Assembly (NCBI GenBank): GCA_036676495.1 | Contig: JAKFCT010000080.1 | Location: 89,277-153,276 of the forward strand | Direction: 5' to 3' | DNA: 64,000 nt | Source of the DNA: Candidatus Sericytochromatia bacterium | Lineage (GTDB): Bacteria > Cyanobacteriota > Sericytochromatia > S15B-MN24 > UBA4093 | Part shown: positions 9,468 to 17,340 of the stretch, one piece after another | Layout of the letters: every line of letters begins with the position of its first letter | How positions within the stretch are numbered: the first letter of the stretch is position 1 | Position numbers and translations under genes: made by a program | The notes under the pieces: generated by a model | What the model saw: the letters and a program-made list of their open reading frames with translations, nothing else | The model's database searches: none | What the model was told of the DNA's origin: nothing

Positions 9468-9552
9468 GCGGAGTGACCTCCTATTCTCACCTGTCGTCAC
9501 GGCGACCCCCCTATTGGTCTGTCGTCTTGACGAGCTGTCGCCTATGGGGCAT

Positions 9553-9643
9553 AAGGTAACGCCTCCCGTTGTCCTCCAGCAACGCCTACTCCGCTGGCTG
9601 GAACTCCCGGGGGACGGTCGGGCCCAACCCCTGCCGTCTCGCC
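9553..9643 (-). promoter_or_regulatory. Promoter of paralog 2 (TTGCTG-18-TACCTT) plus conserved upstream block
   Basis: Positional and sequence match to the element upstream of paralog 1. Confidence 0.65.
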
Positions 9644-9877
9644 ACGAGGGGGCGCGCGCCGTGCGCTCTGGCGAGCCGCCTAGCGGCAGTTGCGGGAGGG
9701 CCCGCCGAAAACGTTGGTCCGAAACGCCCCGGCGTCCAAGTAGTCGTCCTGCATCGAGGGCCCGTGGCCCTTTTGCTGGAAACTCGCGCCTGCCACGTGG
9801 CCGTCTTCCGAGCCCCCCCACGAAGGGCTGCGCCATGGCCACGGGGGCGACGCTCACGCGAAACGGCCCCCGAACGC

Positions 9878-9909
9878 AAAAGCACGGCGCCCCCGAAGGA
9901 GCGCCGTGC
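9878..9909 (-). terminator. Intrinsic terminator of paralog 3
   Basis: GCACGGCGCTCC-TTCG-GGGGCGCCGTGC hairpin followed by TTTT on the minus strand. Confidence 0.85.
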
Positions 9910-9921
9910 GAAGGGAGCGCT

Positions 9922-10497
9922 TTACCAGTAGTAGGAGTAGGGGTAGTAGTAGCCGCCGTAGCGGTACATGTACGGATAGTAGGAGTAGGAGTAGTAGGGA
10001 TAGGTGTACGGGTAGTAATAGCCCGCGTAGCGATAGTACGGGTAGTAGTACCCGCGGTGGCCGTAGTAGCGGAAGCGGCCGTAGCCATAGCGGCCGTAAC
10101 CATACCGGCCGTAGAAGCCCCGTCCGAAGCCCCGCGCGTAGCCCCGGCCGTAGAATCCGCGTCGGTAGCCCCGGCCGTATCTCTGCTGGACCTCGAGGCC
10201 CTTGTCTTCAACGATCTTCGAGGTGTCGATCTCGATCAGCAGCTTGGCGGCATCGGCTTCCGAGATGCGCGACGGCAACTCCTTTCGGATCTGCTCGACG
10301 TTCATCGGCTGTCCGTCCACCATGATCTGGCGATCATTCTGAATGTGTTGGTCAGGGGCGATGCTGCCTTCGCTGAGGTTTTGAACCTGGGGAACGTCGG
10401 CCGGCGTCTGGGCGCCCGGGATCGCCGGCGCGCAGCCCAGGGCGGTGCCCACCAAGGCCGTGCTCATCGCGATCCCTAGAGTCCGATTCACTCTCAT
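9922..10497 (-). CDS. Lipoprotein paralog 3: conserved N-domain plus Arg/Gly/Tyr-rich tail
   Basis: Lipobox ALGC; core IMVDGQPMNVEQIRKELPSRISEADAAKLLIEI; tail begins after EVQQ; AGGAGG RBS. Confidence 0.88.
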   Translation of the reverse strand: MRVNRTLGIAMSTALVGTALGCAPAIPGAQTPADVPQVQNLSEGSIAPDQHIQNDRQIMVDGQPMNVEQIRKELPSRISEADAAKLLIEIDTSKIVEDKGLEVQQRYGRGYRRGFYGRGYARGFGRGFYGRYGYGRYGYGRFRYYGHRGYYYPYYRYAGYYYPYTYPYYSYSYYPYMYRYGGYYYPYSYYW

Positions 10498-10562
10498 CAG
10501 GGGTTTCCCTCCTTAGATAAACCGCCAGCTGATGCGATGACGGTTGCGTGAACGCAGGGCAA

Positions 10563-10592
10563 AAGCTAACGCTTCTTCGGAGCCCAAGGCAA
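10563..10592 (-). promoter_or_regulatory. Promoter of paralog 3 (TTGCCT-18-TAGCTT)
   Basis: Same -35/-10 pattern as the other two paralogs. Confidence 0.55.
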
Positions 10593-10774
10593 CACTCACT
10601 TCATCGGCTGTGATCCCCTGCCCACGGGGAGTCGGAAGTCTCGCCCGGTCGCGCGCATGCCCCACGGCGCGGGGGCGGCCCGCCCATAGGGGCAAGAGGA
10701 TGTCATGGCGAGGTGCCAAAAAATCGGGTGGGCTTTCTCATGCGCTTGAGCGAACCCGCTGCTAGACTCTCGGT

Positions 10775-11479
10775 ATGAGCGACTTGCGTTGGAATCTCAC
10801 GCCCGCGGAGGCAATCGCCATGCAGCGCGAGCTCGCGGGGCGCGTGCGCTGCGAGGACGATTTCCCACCCCCGCGAACGGTCGCCGGAGTGGACGTCTCG
10901 ACCTCGCGCGGCTCCGAGGACGGCTTCGCGGCCATCGTCGTGCTGAGCTGGCCCGAGCTCGCCATCGTCGACAAGGCCCACGCCCGCATGCGCCTTCCCA
11001 TGCCCTATGTCCCAGGCCTCCTGTCCTTCCGGGAGGTTCCTTTGGCCCTCGCCGCCTACGCGCGCCTCACGGTCGCGCCCGACCTGATCATGGTCGACGG
11101 ACACGGTCGGGCTCACCCCCGCCGGGTCGGAGTTGCCTGCCACCTCGGCATTCTGCTGGACAAACCCACGCTCGGCTGCGCCAAGTCCATCCTGGTGGGC
11201 ACGCACGCCGACCTGGGACCCGAACGCGGAAACACGGCGCCCCTGCTCCACCGCTCCGAGGTGGTCGGGTACGCCGTGCGAACCAAAACCAAGGTCAATC
11301 CCGTTTTCGTCTCATGCGGGCACCGCCTCTCCCCGGAAACCGCCGTGCGCTGGGTCCTCGACTGTGCCCGCGGCTACCGCCTCCCCGAGCCGACCCGCCA
11401 GGCCCACCTCGCCTCCAACGCCTTTCGACTCAGCGAGGGGGAGTCGGAACCGGATTCCGGCCTGCCACCGACTCGATGA
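10775..11479 (+). CDS. nfi: Endonuclease V (canonical)
   Basis: VAGVDVS, PYVPGLLSFRE, MVDGHGRAHPRR, GCAKS, PEPTRQAH; all catalytic residues present. Confidence 0.93.
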   Translation: MSDLRWNLTPAEAIAMQRELAGRVRCEDDFPPPRTVAGVDVSTSRGSEDGFAAIVVLSWPELAIVDKAHARMRLPMPYVPGLLSFREVPLALAAYARLTVAPDLIMVDGHGRAHPRRVGVACHLGILLDKPTLGCAKSILVGTHADLGPERGNTAPLLHRSEVVGYAVRTKTKVNPVFVSCGHRLSPETAVRWVLDCARGYRLPEPTRQAHLASNAFRLSEGESEPDSGLPPTR

Positions 11480-12548
11480 GCAGCTTCATGCGGGCCAGGT
11501 CGTCATCCATCTCATGCTTGGGATCCGCACCGAAGGCCGTCGCCACCGCATGGCCGACCATGCCCGCCGGCGGGTGGTAGCGCATCTGAACATGCAGGCG
11601 CGTGCTCCCGTCCGGGTTCTCCTGCAGGTGAAGCGTGCCCGTGTGAGCCACGGCCGAGCCCGGTACGCTCCGCCAGCTGATCAGCGCGTTGGGGATCGTC
11701 TGGATCGTCTCGGCATCCCACTCCACCGCCACGCCCGCCGGCCCGCTCACCACCCAGTGCGACCTCCCCTCCCCGAGGTTCCGCACCTCCCGGATATGCC
11801 GCATGAAGCGCGGGAAGTTCTCCGGCCGGCTCCAGAACGCGTAGACCTCCGCGATCGGCGCGTTCACCGTCAGGGTCTTCTGGACGCTGAAGCCCCGGCC
11901 CTCCATGCTCAGCAGCTCGCGGATCTCGCGGTTGGCGATCGCCCGGATCACGAGCCCCGTGCCCCAGAGCGCGAGCCCCGTCCCGGCGATCCCGCGCCGG
12001 CCCAGCCCCAAGAGCAGTAGCCCGCCGCCTCCGAGGCCTACCACCAGCCGATAGGCCGGCGACCAGAAGCGTCGAGACGGCCCGAGGGACGTCCCCCCCG
12101 AGAGCATGGGCAGGTCCGCCTGCTCATGCCGATCCAGCCGATCCGTGATCGCCACGACCCCCGGCACCCTTCGGATGGCGTCGAGCGCCGCCCCCGCCTC
12201 CGCCGCGAGAATCGGGCCGCTCAGCGTCACCGCTCCCTCGCGCGCCGTCACCGCGACCGCATGCGCATGCGAGCAATGACGTCCCAGCTTCGCCCGGACC
12301 CGGGCCACCAGGATGTCGTCGTCCACCGCCTCGCTGCGCAGCCGGCTCATGGTCGCCGCCACGCGCCCCGAGACCCGATTGCTCAGATCCCGGCCCGCGA
12401 CGTCGAGCCCTTCCCGGCTCACGCGCGTCAGCCGGATCGCCTTGCCGCGCAAGAGCGCCCTCCGGCGCCTCCCGCGATCCGGATCTCCCAGGTAGGTCAA
12501 GCCCGCTCCGAAAGCCAACCCTCCGAGCATGGCCCATGCCTTGTTCAT
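11430..12548 (-). CDS. BON domain plus SRPBCC (cyclase/dehydrase) protein
   Basis: BON (DDILVARVRAKL...VTLSG...VPGVVAITDRL); SRPBCC (VYAFWSRPENFPRFM...SHWVV...VEWDAE...ISWRS); start ATG 12548 after GGAGGAG. Confidence 0.85.
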   Translation of the reverse strand: MNKAWAMLGGLAFGAGLTYLGDPDRGRRRRALLRGKAIRLTRVSREGLDVAGRDLSNRVSGRVAATMSRLRSEAVDDDILVARVRAKLGRHCSHAHAVAVTAREGAVTLSGPILAAEAGAALDAIRRVPGVVAITDRLDRHEQADLPMLSGGTSLGPSRRFWSPAYRLVVGLGGGGLLLLGLGRRGIAGTGLALWGTGLVIRAIANREIRELLSMEGRGFSVQKTLTVNAPIAEVYAFWSRPENFPRFMRHIREVRNLGEGRSHWVVSGPAGVAVEWDAETIQTIPNALISWRSVPGSAVAHTGTLHLQENPDGSTRLHVQMRYHPPAGMVGHAVATAFGADPKHEMDDDLARMKLLIESVAGRNPVPTPPR

Positions 12549-12727
12549 GGTGACTCCTCCCCCCTCATCGGCCGGTCCATCTGAGCGCCGTCCTCCGCCG
12601 CTCACGCCTCCTCCCGCGGGGCGCCCGCTAACCAACGAGCGTTCTCAGGCTCCCTTCACATGTGTTAATAAAGTAGGCGTCGGCGCAAGGGCGGCTTGCC
12701 TCGGGCGGGGAACGGGAGGAAGCAAGG

Positions 12728-14974
12728 ATGTTCAAGGATATCAACCGGTTCAAGATGTTCCCGGAAGCCTTGATCGCTTACCAGGGCCATGCCCTCTTGA
12801 TCACCGGGGTCCACGGCCAGATCCTGCATGGCATCGAGGGCTTCTACCACCACCAGACCCGCTACCTCCAGCGCATGGACCTCGCCATCGACGGCCACCG
12901 CCCCGCCTTCGTCTCGGCGAACCCCGTCGACCCCTATTCCTTCATCTCCTATTACCTGGTTCCCACCCCGGCCGGAGCCCAGGCGGGGCCTCCGCCCGAG
13001 GGTGGAGGCGAGATCGTCGACAAGGGCATCGAGATCCAGATCAACGGCTTCGTCGGCAACGGCCTCCACCTGGACGTGCACCTCACCAACCATGCCTTGG
13101 CTCCCGCCGAGATCGACCTGCGCTGGGATTTCGGGGCGGATTTCGCGGATCTCACCGAAGCCATGGACGGCCGCCGCCTCCAGGAGGCCCCGGTCGCCCG
13201 CGAGTGGCGCGACGGGGGCAGCCCCCGCGAGCTGCGGATCCGCTACCTGCACTCCGATCTCCAGCACGAAGCCCTGCTGAGGTTTCCGGTGATCCAGGGC
13301 TCGCCGACCTGGGAAGATGAGAAGGTCCATTACCGCTTGCTTCTCGAGCCGCAGGTCCCCCTGCGCTTCTGCATGACCCTGCATCCGGTCTTCTGCGGAG
13401 AGCGTCATGATCCCATCTATGACTGCGACTCCTTCCGCTCGAAGGACACCGAATGGGATCGCGCCCGCCTGAGCTGGTTGGAGGAGGTGCCGCGCCTGCT
13501 CGTCCCGTCCTCCATGGTCCAGGACGCCTGGGACCGGGCCGTCTCGGATCTCGGCTCGCTCCCGCTCCACGACGGCAAAGGCCCCGCCATCTACACTCCC
13601 GCTGCCGGCATTCCCATGTACCAGGCCCTCTTCGGGCGGGATACCCTCACCACCGTCTGGCAGGCGGGCCTCGTCAGCCGCCTCATGCTGCGCGGCACCC
13701 TGGAGACCATCGCCCACTGGCTCGGAACGAAAGTCGACGACCGCTATGACGAGCAGCCCGGCCGCGTCATCCACCAGCAGCAGTTCACCCCCCTCGCCCT
13801 CCTCGGCAAGACTCCTTTCCTTCACTACTACGGCGACTACGCGGGTCCGGGCCTCTTCCTGATCGGCCTGGGCTGGGACTTCATGCTCACCGGCGATCGC
13901 GACTTCCAGCGCCGCATGAAGCCGTACGCCCTGCGCGTGCTCGACTGGATGGATCGCGACGGGGATCGCGACGGGGACGGCTTCTACGAGTACGACACCC
14001 GCGCCGGGGAATGGGGCACCAAGAACCAGGGCTGGAAGGACTCCGGAGAAGCGATCCTCTACCCCGACGGAGCCTGCGTCCCCAACCCCATCGCTCCGGT
14101 CGAGATCCAGGGCTATTACTTCGTCGCCAAGCAACTCATCGGGCAGACCTTCCTCGCGCTCGGCGACGTCGCCCGCGGCCTCGACCTGCTGCGACAGGCC
14201 GAAGACCTCAAGAAACGCTTCAACCAGGCCTTCTGGATGGAGGAGGGAGCCTTCGCGCTCGCCCTGGACCCCTCGAAGCGCCAGGTCGCCTCCATCGCCT
14301 CCAACATGGGCCACTGCCTCGCCTGCGGCATCGTCGACCAGGACAAGGCCGCCGCCGTCGCCGGCCGCCTGATGGCTCCGGACATGTTCTCCGGCTGGGG
14401 GATCCGCACCCTGTCCAGCTTGCACCCCGCCTACAACCCCTTCGCCTACCACCTGGGCTCGGTCTGGCCCTCGGAGAATGGTTCGATTGCCTTTGGCTTC
14501 AAGCGATATGGCCTCAACGGGCTCGTCCATGACCTGGCCCGCGGCCTCTTCGAGGCGACCTTGATCTTCGACGAGAACCGGCTGCCCGAAGCGATCGGCG
14601 GAAATCCGCGCGATCGCCTCCATCCCCACCCCGGCATCTACCCGCAGTCCAACGCCCCCCAGGCCTGGTCGGCCAGCGCCGTTCCCTTGCTGATTCAGGC
14701 CTTCCTTGGAATCCGGGCCTACGCTCCGCTCAACGCCGTGCTGATCGACCCATGCCTTCCCGAGTGGCTACCCGAGCTGACGCTTTCGGACGTCTCCTTC
14801 GGATCCTCCCGCGTGAGCCTCCACTTCCAGCGGGACGCCTCGGGCCAGACCGATTACCGGATCCTCGATTCCAAGGGCCATCCCCACGTGCTGCGCCAAC
14901 CTCCCGCCAACCACCTCTCGGTGGGAGCTTACGACCGCCTGGGCGATCTGGTCGAATCCCTGCTTCCCCATTGA
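12728..14974 (+). CDS. Amylo-alpha-1,6-glucosidase / glycogen debranching enzyme family
   Basis: AAGIPMYQALFGRD, EQPGRVIH, NQGWKDS, VEIQGY, SGWGIRT, YHLGSVWP, RLPE, PQAWSA. Confidence 0.9.
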   Translation: MFKDINRFKMFPEALIAYQGHALLITGVHGQILHGIEGFYHHQTRYLQRMDLAIDGHRPAFVSANPVDPYSFISYYLVPTPAGAQAGPPPEGGGEIVDKGIEIQINGFVGNGLHLDVHLTNHALAPAEIDLRWDFGADFADLTEAMDGRRLQEAPVAREWRDGGSPRELRIRYLHSDLQHEALLRFPVIQGSPTWEDEKVHYRLLLEPQVPLRFCMTLHPVFCGERHDPIYDCDSFRSKDTEWDRARLSWLEEVPRLLVPSSMVQDAWDRAVSDLGSLPLHDGKGPAIYTPAAGIPMYQALFGRDTLTTVWQAGLVSRLMLRGTLETIAHWLGTKVDDRYDEQPGRVIHQQQFTPLALLGKTPFLHYYGDYAGPGLFLIGLGWDFMLTGDRDFQRRMKPYALRVLDWMDRDGDRDGDGFYEYDTRAGEWGTKNQGWKDSGEAILYPDGACVPNPIAPVEIQGYYFVAKQLIGQTFLALGDVARGLDLLRQAEDLKKRFNQAFWMEEGAFALALDPSKRQVASIASNMGHCLACGIVDQDKAAAVAGRLMAPDMFSGWGIRTLSSLHPAYNPFAYHLGSVWPSENGSIAFGFKRYGLNGLVHDLARGLFEATLIFDENRLPEAIGGNPRDRLHPHPGIYPQSNAPQAWSASAVPLLIQAFLGIRAYAPLNAVLIDPCLPEWLPELTLSDVSFGSSRVSLHFQRDASGQTDYRILDSKGHPHVLRQPPANHLSVGAYDRLGDLVESLLPH

Positions 14975-14981
14975 GCCCCCG

Positions 14982-15023
14982 TCACGGGAGCCCGCATCAC
15001 GGGAGCCCGCATCACGGGAGCCC
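14982..15023 (+). repeat. 15-bp tandem repeat, about 2.8 copies (TCACGGGAGCCCGCA)
   Basis: Read directly; intergenic, just after the debranching-enzyme stop codon. Confidence 0.85.
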
Positions 15024-15057
15024 CCGTCGCGGAGAGCTTGCACGAAAGGAGTCCGCC

Positions 15058-16050
15058 ATGCCGCGTCCCCTCCAGGATCAGATCGTGGTGATCACGGGAG
15101 CGTCCAGCGGTATCGGCCGAGAGTCGGCCCTGCACTTCGCCCGCCAGGGGGCCCGGCTCGTGCTGGCCGCCCGCGGCTCTGCGGGCCTCGAGAGCCTCGC
15201 CGCCGAGATCCGGCGCGAAGGCGCGCGCGCGATCGCCGTTCCCACGGACGTCACCGATCCCCAGGCCGTTCAGCATCTGGCGGATCAGGCCATCGAGCAG
15301 TTCGGGCGAATCGACACCTGGGTGAACAACGCCGGCGTCGCCCTCTACTCCCGCTTCGAGGAGGCCCCCCTCGACGCGATGCACCAGATCATGAACGTGC
15401 ACTACTGGGGGACCGTCCACGGCTTCCAGGCGGCCCTCCCGCGCATGACGGCGTCCGGGGGCGGCACGATCATCTGCGTCGGCTCCGCGCTTTCCGATGC
15501 GGCCGTTCCCCTCCAGAGCGCCTACGTGGCCGCCAAGCATGCCGTCAAGGGTTTGGCCGCCTCGATTCGCCAGGAGCTGCTGGACGCCCAAATTCCGGTG
15601 CACGTCTCGCTCATCAAGCCGGCATCCATTGACACGCCGCTCTTCGAGCACGCGCGGACCTATCTGGGCGTTCAGCCCAAGGGCATCCCGCCCCTTTACG
15701 ATCCGGCGCTGGTGGCGCGCGCCATCCTCCGTTGCGCCCTCAAACCCGAGCGCGAGCTGCTGGTCGGGGGAAGCGCCGAGCTCTTCTCGCGCCTCGAAAC
15801 CCTGGCTCCCCGCCTCCTCGATTGGCAGCAGAGCCGCCAAGGCGTCTCGTCCCAGGAGACCGACATCCCCAAGTCCCCGGACGCTCCCTCCAACCTCTTC
15901 GAGCCTCTGGAGGAGCCCGCGCGCTCCCGGGCGACGGGCCGCGGCTGGAACGTCAGCGCCGTGACCTGGATCCGCGAGCATCCCCGGGCCAGCTTGGCCG
16001 GTGCGGCCCTCGCGACCCTCTCGATCCTCGGAGTCCGCTCCCGGCGCTGA
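15058..16050 (+). CDS. SDR-family oxidoreductase
   Basis: TGASSGIG, NNAG, YVAAK; start ATG 15058 after AAAGGAG. Confidence 0.92.
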   Translation: MPRPLQDQIVVITGASSGIGRESALHFARQGARLVLAARGSAGLESLAAEIRREGARAIAVPTDVTDPQAVQHLADQAIEQFGRIDTWVNNAGVALYSRFEEAPLDAMHQIMNVHYWGTVHGFQAALPRMTASGGGTIICVGSALSDAAVPLQSAYVAAKHAVKGLAASIRQELLDAQIPVHVSLIKPASIDTPLFEHARTYLGVQPKGIPPLYDPALVARAILRCALKPERELLVGGSAELFSRLETLAPRLLDWQQSRQGVSSQETDIPKSPDAPSNLFEPLEEPARSRATGRGWNVSAVTWIREHPRASLAGAALATLSILGVRSRR

Positions 16051-16100
16051 TCGCCCAGCAGCTGACCGCCTAGCGGCTGACCGCCTAGCGGCTGACCGCC
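16046..16100 (+). repeat. 15-bp tandem repeat, about 3.7 copies (GCTGACCGCCTAGCG)
   Basis: Read directly; the first, degenerate copy contains the SDR stop codon. Confidence 0.85.
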
Positions 16101-16134
16101 CGGATGTCCCGGTGGATGATTGCCAGGAGGAAAG

Positions 16135-17190
16135 ATGGCCGTTTCAGGAACGCCGGAGCCCGTGCTCCGTTCGGCGGTGCGAGACTTCCTCGCTTCCGAC
16201 TCCCCCCGCGTCCGCGTGATCGAGGTCCCCGTGGGGGATCTGCGGGAGCGGATGCGCCAGGACGTCCTCGCGGGCCTCGACGACCCGGTCATGCCGTCGA
16301 TTCCCCCGACGTACTTCTACGATGCCGAAGGCTCGACGCTCTACGAGCAGATCACCCGGTTGCCCGAGTACTATCCCACCCGCACCGAAGCACGCCTGCT
16401 CCGCCGGATCGTGCCCTGCCTGGCCGACATACTCGAGGTCAAGGAGCTGGTGGAGCTGGGGAGCGGTTCCTCGGCGAAGACCCGCGTGATCCTGGATGCC
16501 TTCCAGGCGAGCGATCGCCCCCTCACCTACATCCCCATCGACATCAGCCGCACCATTCTCCGCCGAACCGCCAACACCCTCGCCCACGCCTATCCCGCCT
16601 TGCGGGTGCTGGGCCTGGCCGCCCCCTTCGAGGACGCCCTCTCCCTCCTCCCCCCGAAACCGGACCGCCTCCTCCTTTTCCTCGGAGGAACCCTCGGCAA
16701 CTTCTCGGCGACGGCGCAAGACGCCTTTTTCACCGCGCTGAGCGGGGCCATGGTCCCCGGAAACCACCTGCTCCTGGGCTTCGACCGTCGGGCGCATGCG
16801 GGAAAACCCGTGAGCGTGATTGAAGCGGCTTATAACGATCGCCAAGGGGTCACCGCCCGCTTCAACGTGAACCTCCTGACGCGCCTGAACCGCGAGCTGG
16901 GAGCCGATTTTCGCGTGGAACGCTGGCGGCATCGGGCCCTCTACAACGTCTCGGAGCACCAGATCGAGATGTGGCTGGACAGCCAGGCCGATCAGACCGT
17001 CCACCTCGCCGGCCGGACCTATCGCTTCAGGGCCGGTGAGGGCATCCTCACCGAGATCTCCCGGAAGTTCGATCCCGAGGAGCTGGCCGCCTCGCTCGCG
17101 GGGCAGGGCCTCGTGATGCGGGCTTGCTGGATGGATGCGCGGGAAAGCTACGGGCTCTTGCTTTTGCGCCGGGAGGGCGCGGCGGCATGA
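16135..17190 (+). CDS. egtD: L-histidine N-alpha-methyltransferase (ergothioneine biosynthesis)
   Basis: FYDAEGSTLYEQITRLPEYYPTRTE, VELGSGSSAKT, AYND..GVTARFNVN, TEISRKF; start ATG 16135 after AGGAGG. Confidence 0.92.
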   Translation: MAVSGTPEPVLRSAVRDFLASDSPRVRVIEVPVGDLRERMRQDVLAGLDDPVMPSIPPTYFYDAEGSTLYEQITRLPEYYPTRTEARLLRRIVPCLADILEVKELVELGSGSSAKTRVILDAFQASDRPLTYIPIDISRTILRRTANTLAHAYPALRVLGLAAPFEDALSLLPPKPDRLLLFLGGTLGNFSATAQDAFFTALSGAMVPGNHLLLGFDRRAHAGKPVSVIEAAYNDRQGVTARFNVNLLTRLNRELGADFRVERWRHRALYNVSEHQIEMWLDSQADQTVHLAGRTYRFRAGEGILTEISRKFDPEELAASLAGQGLVMRACWMDARESYGLLLLRREGAAA

Positions 17191-17340
17191 ATCTCGCTTG
17201 ACCCGCCGAGGATCGCGGGAAAATACGCTGGTTGCCATCCCGACTAGTCCCTTAAGGTAGGACCATGTCCGTACGCTTCCGAACGCGAATGATGTCCGGA
17301 TGTGAAGGGGCCGTCGAGTGAACGTACAGGGAGCCACGCC

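Noticed and set aside
8808-10211. 467-aa ORF apparently fusing paralogs 3 and 2
   Set aside because: The N-terminal part is an off-frame read of paralog 3 and crosses a terminator and a promoter. The real start is ATG 9467, with an RBS and a lipobox.
7915-10497. Repetitive GTA/GCC-rich DNA as a possible CRISPR or satellite array
   Set aside because: No constant repeat with unique spacers; the pattern is explained by Tyr (TAC) and Gly (GGC) codons on the minus strand.
7915-11479. Tyr-rich genes as a classical RiPP cluster
   Set aside because: The flanks are mnmA and nfi. No YcaO, radical SAM, LanM, P450, peptidase or dedicated transporter is adjacent.
11430-11479. 50-bp convergent overlap of nfi and the BON-SRPBCC gene
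   Set aside because: Short tail-to-tail overlaps of unconserved C-termini are common in GC-rich genomes.
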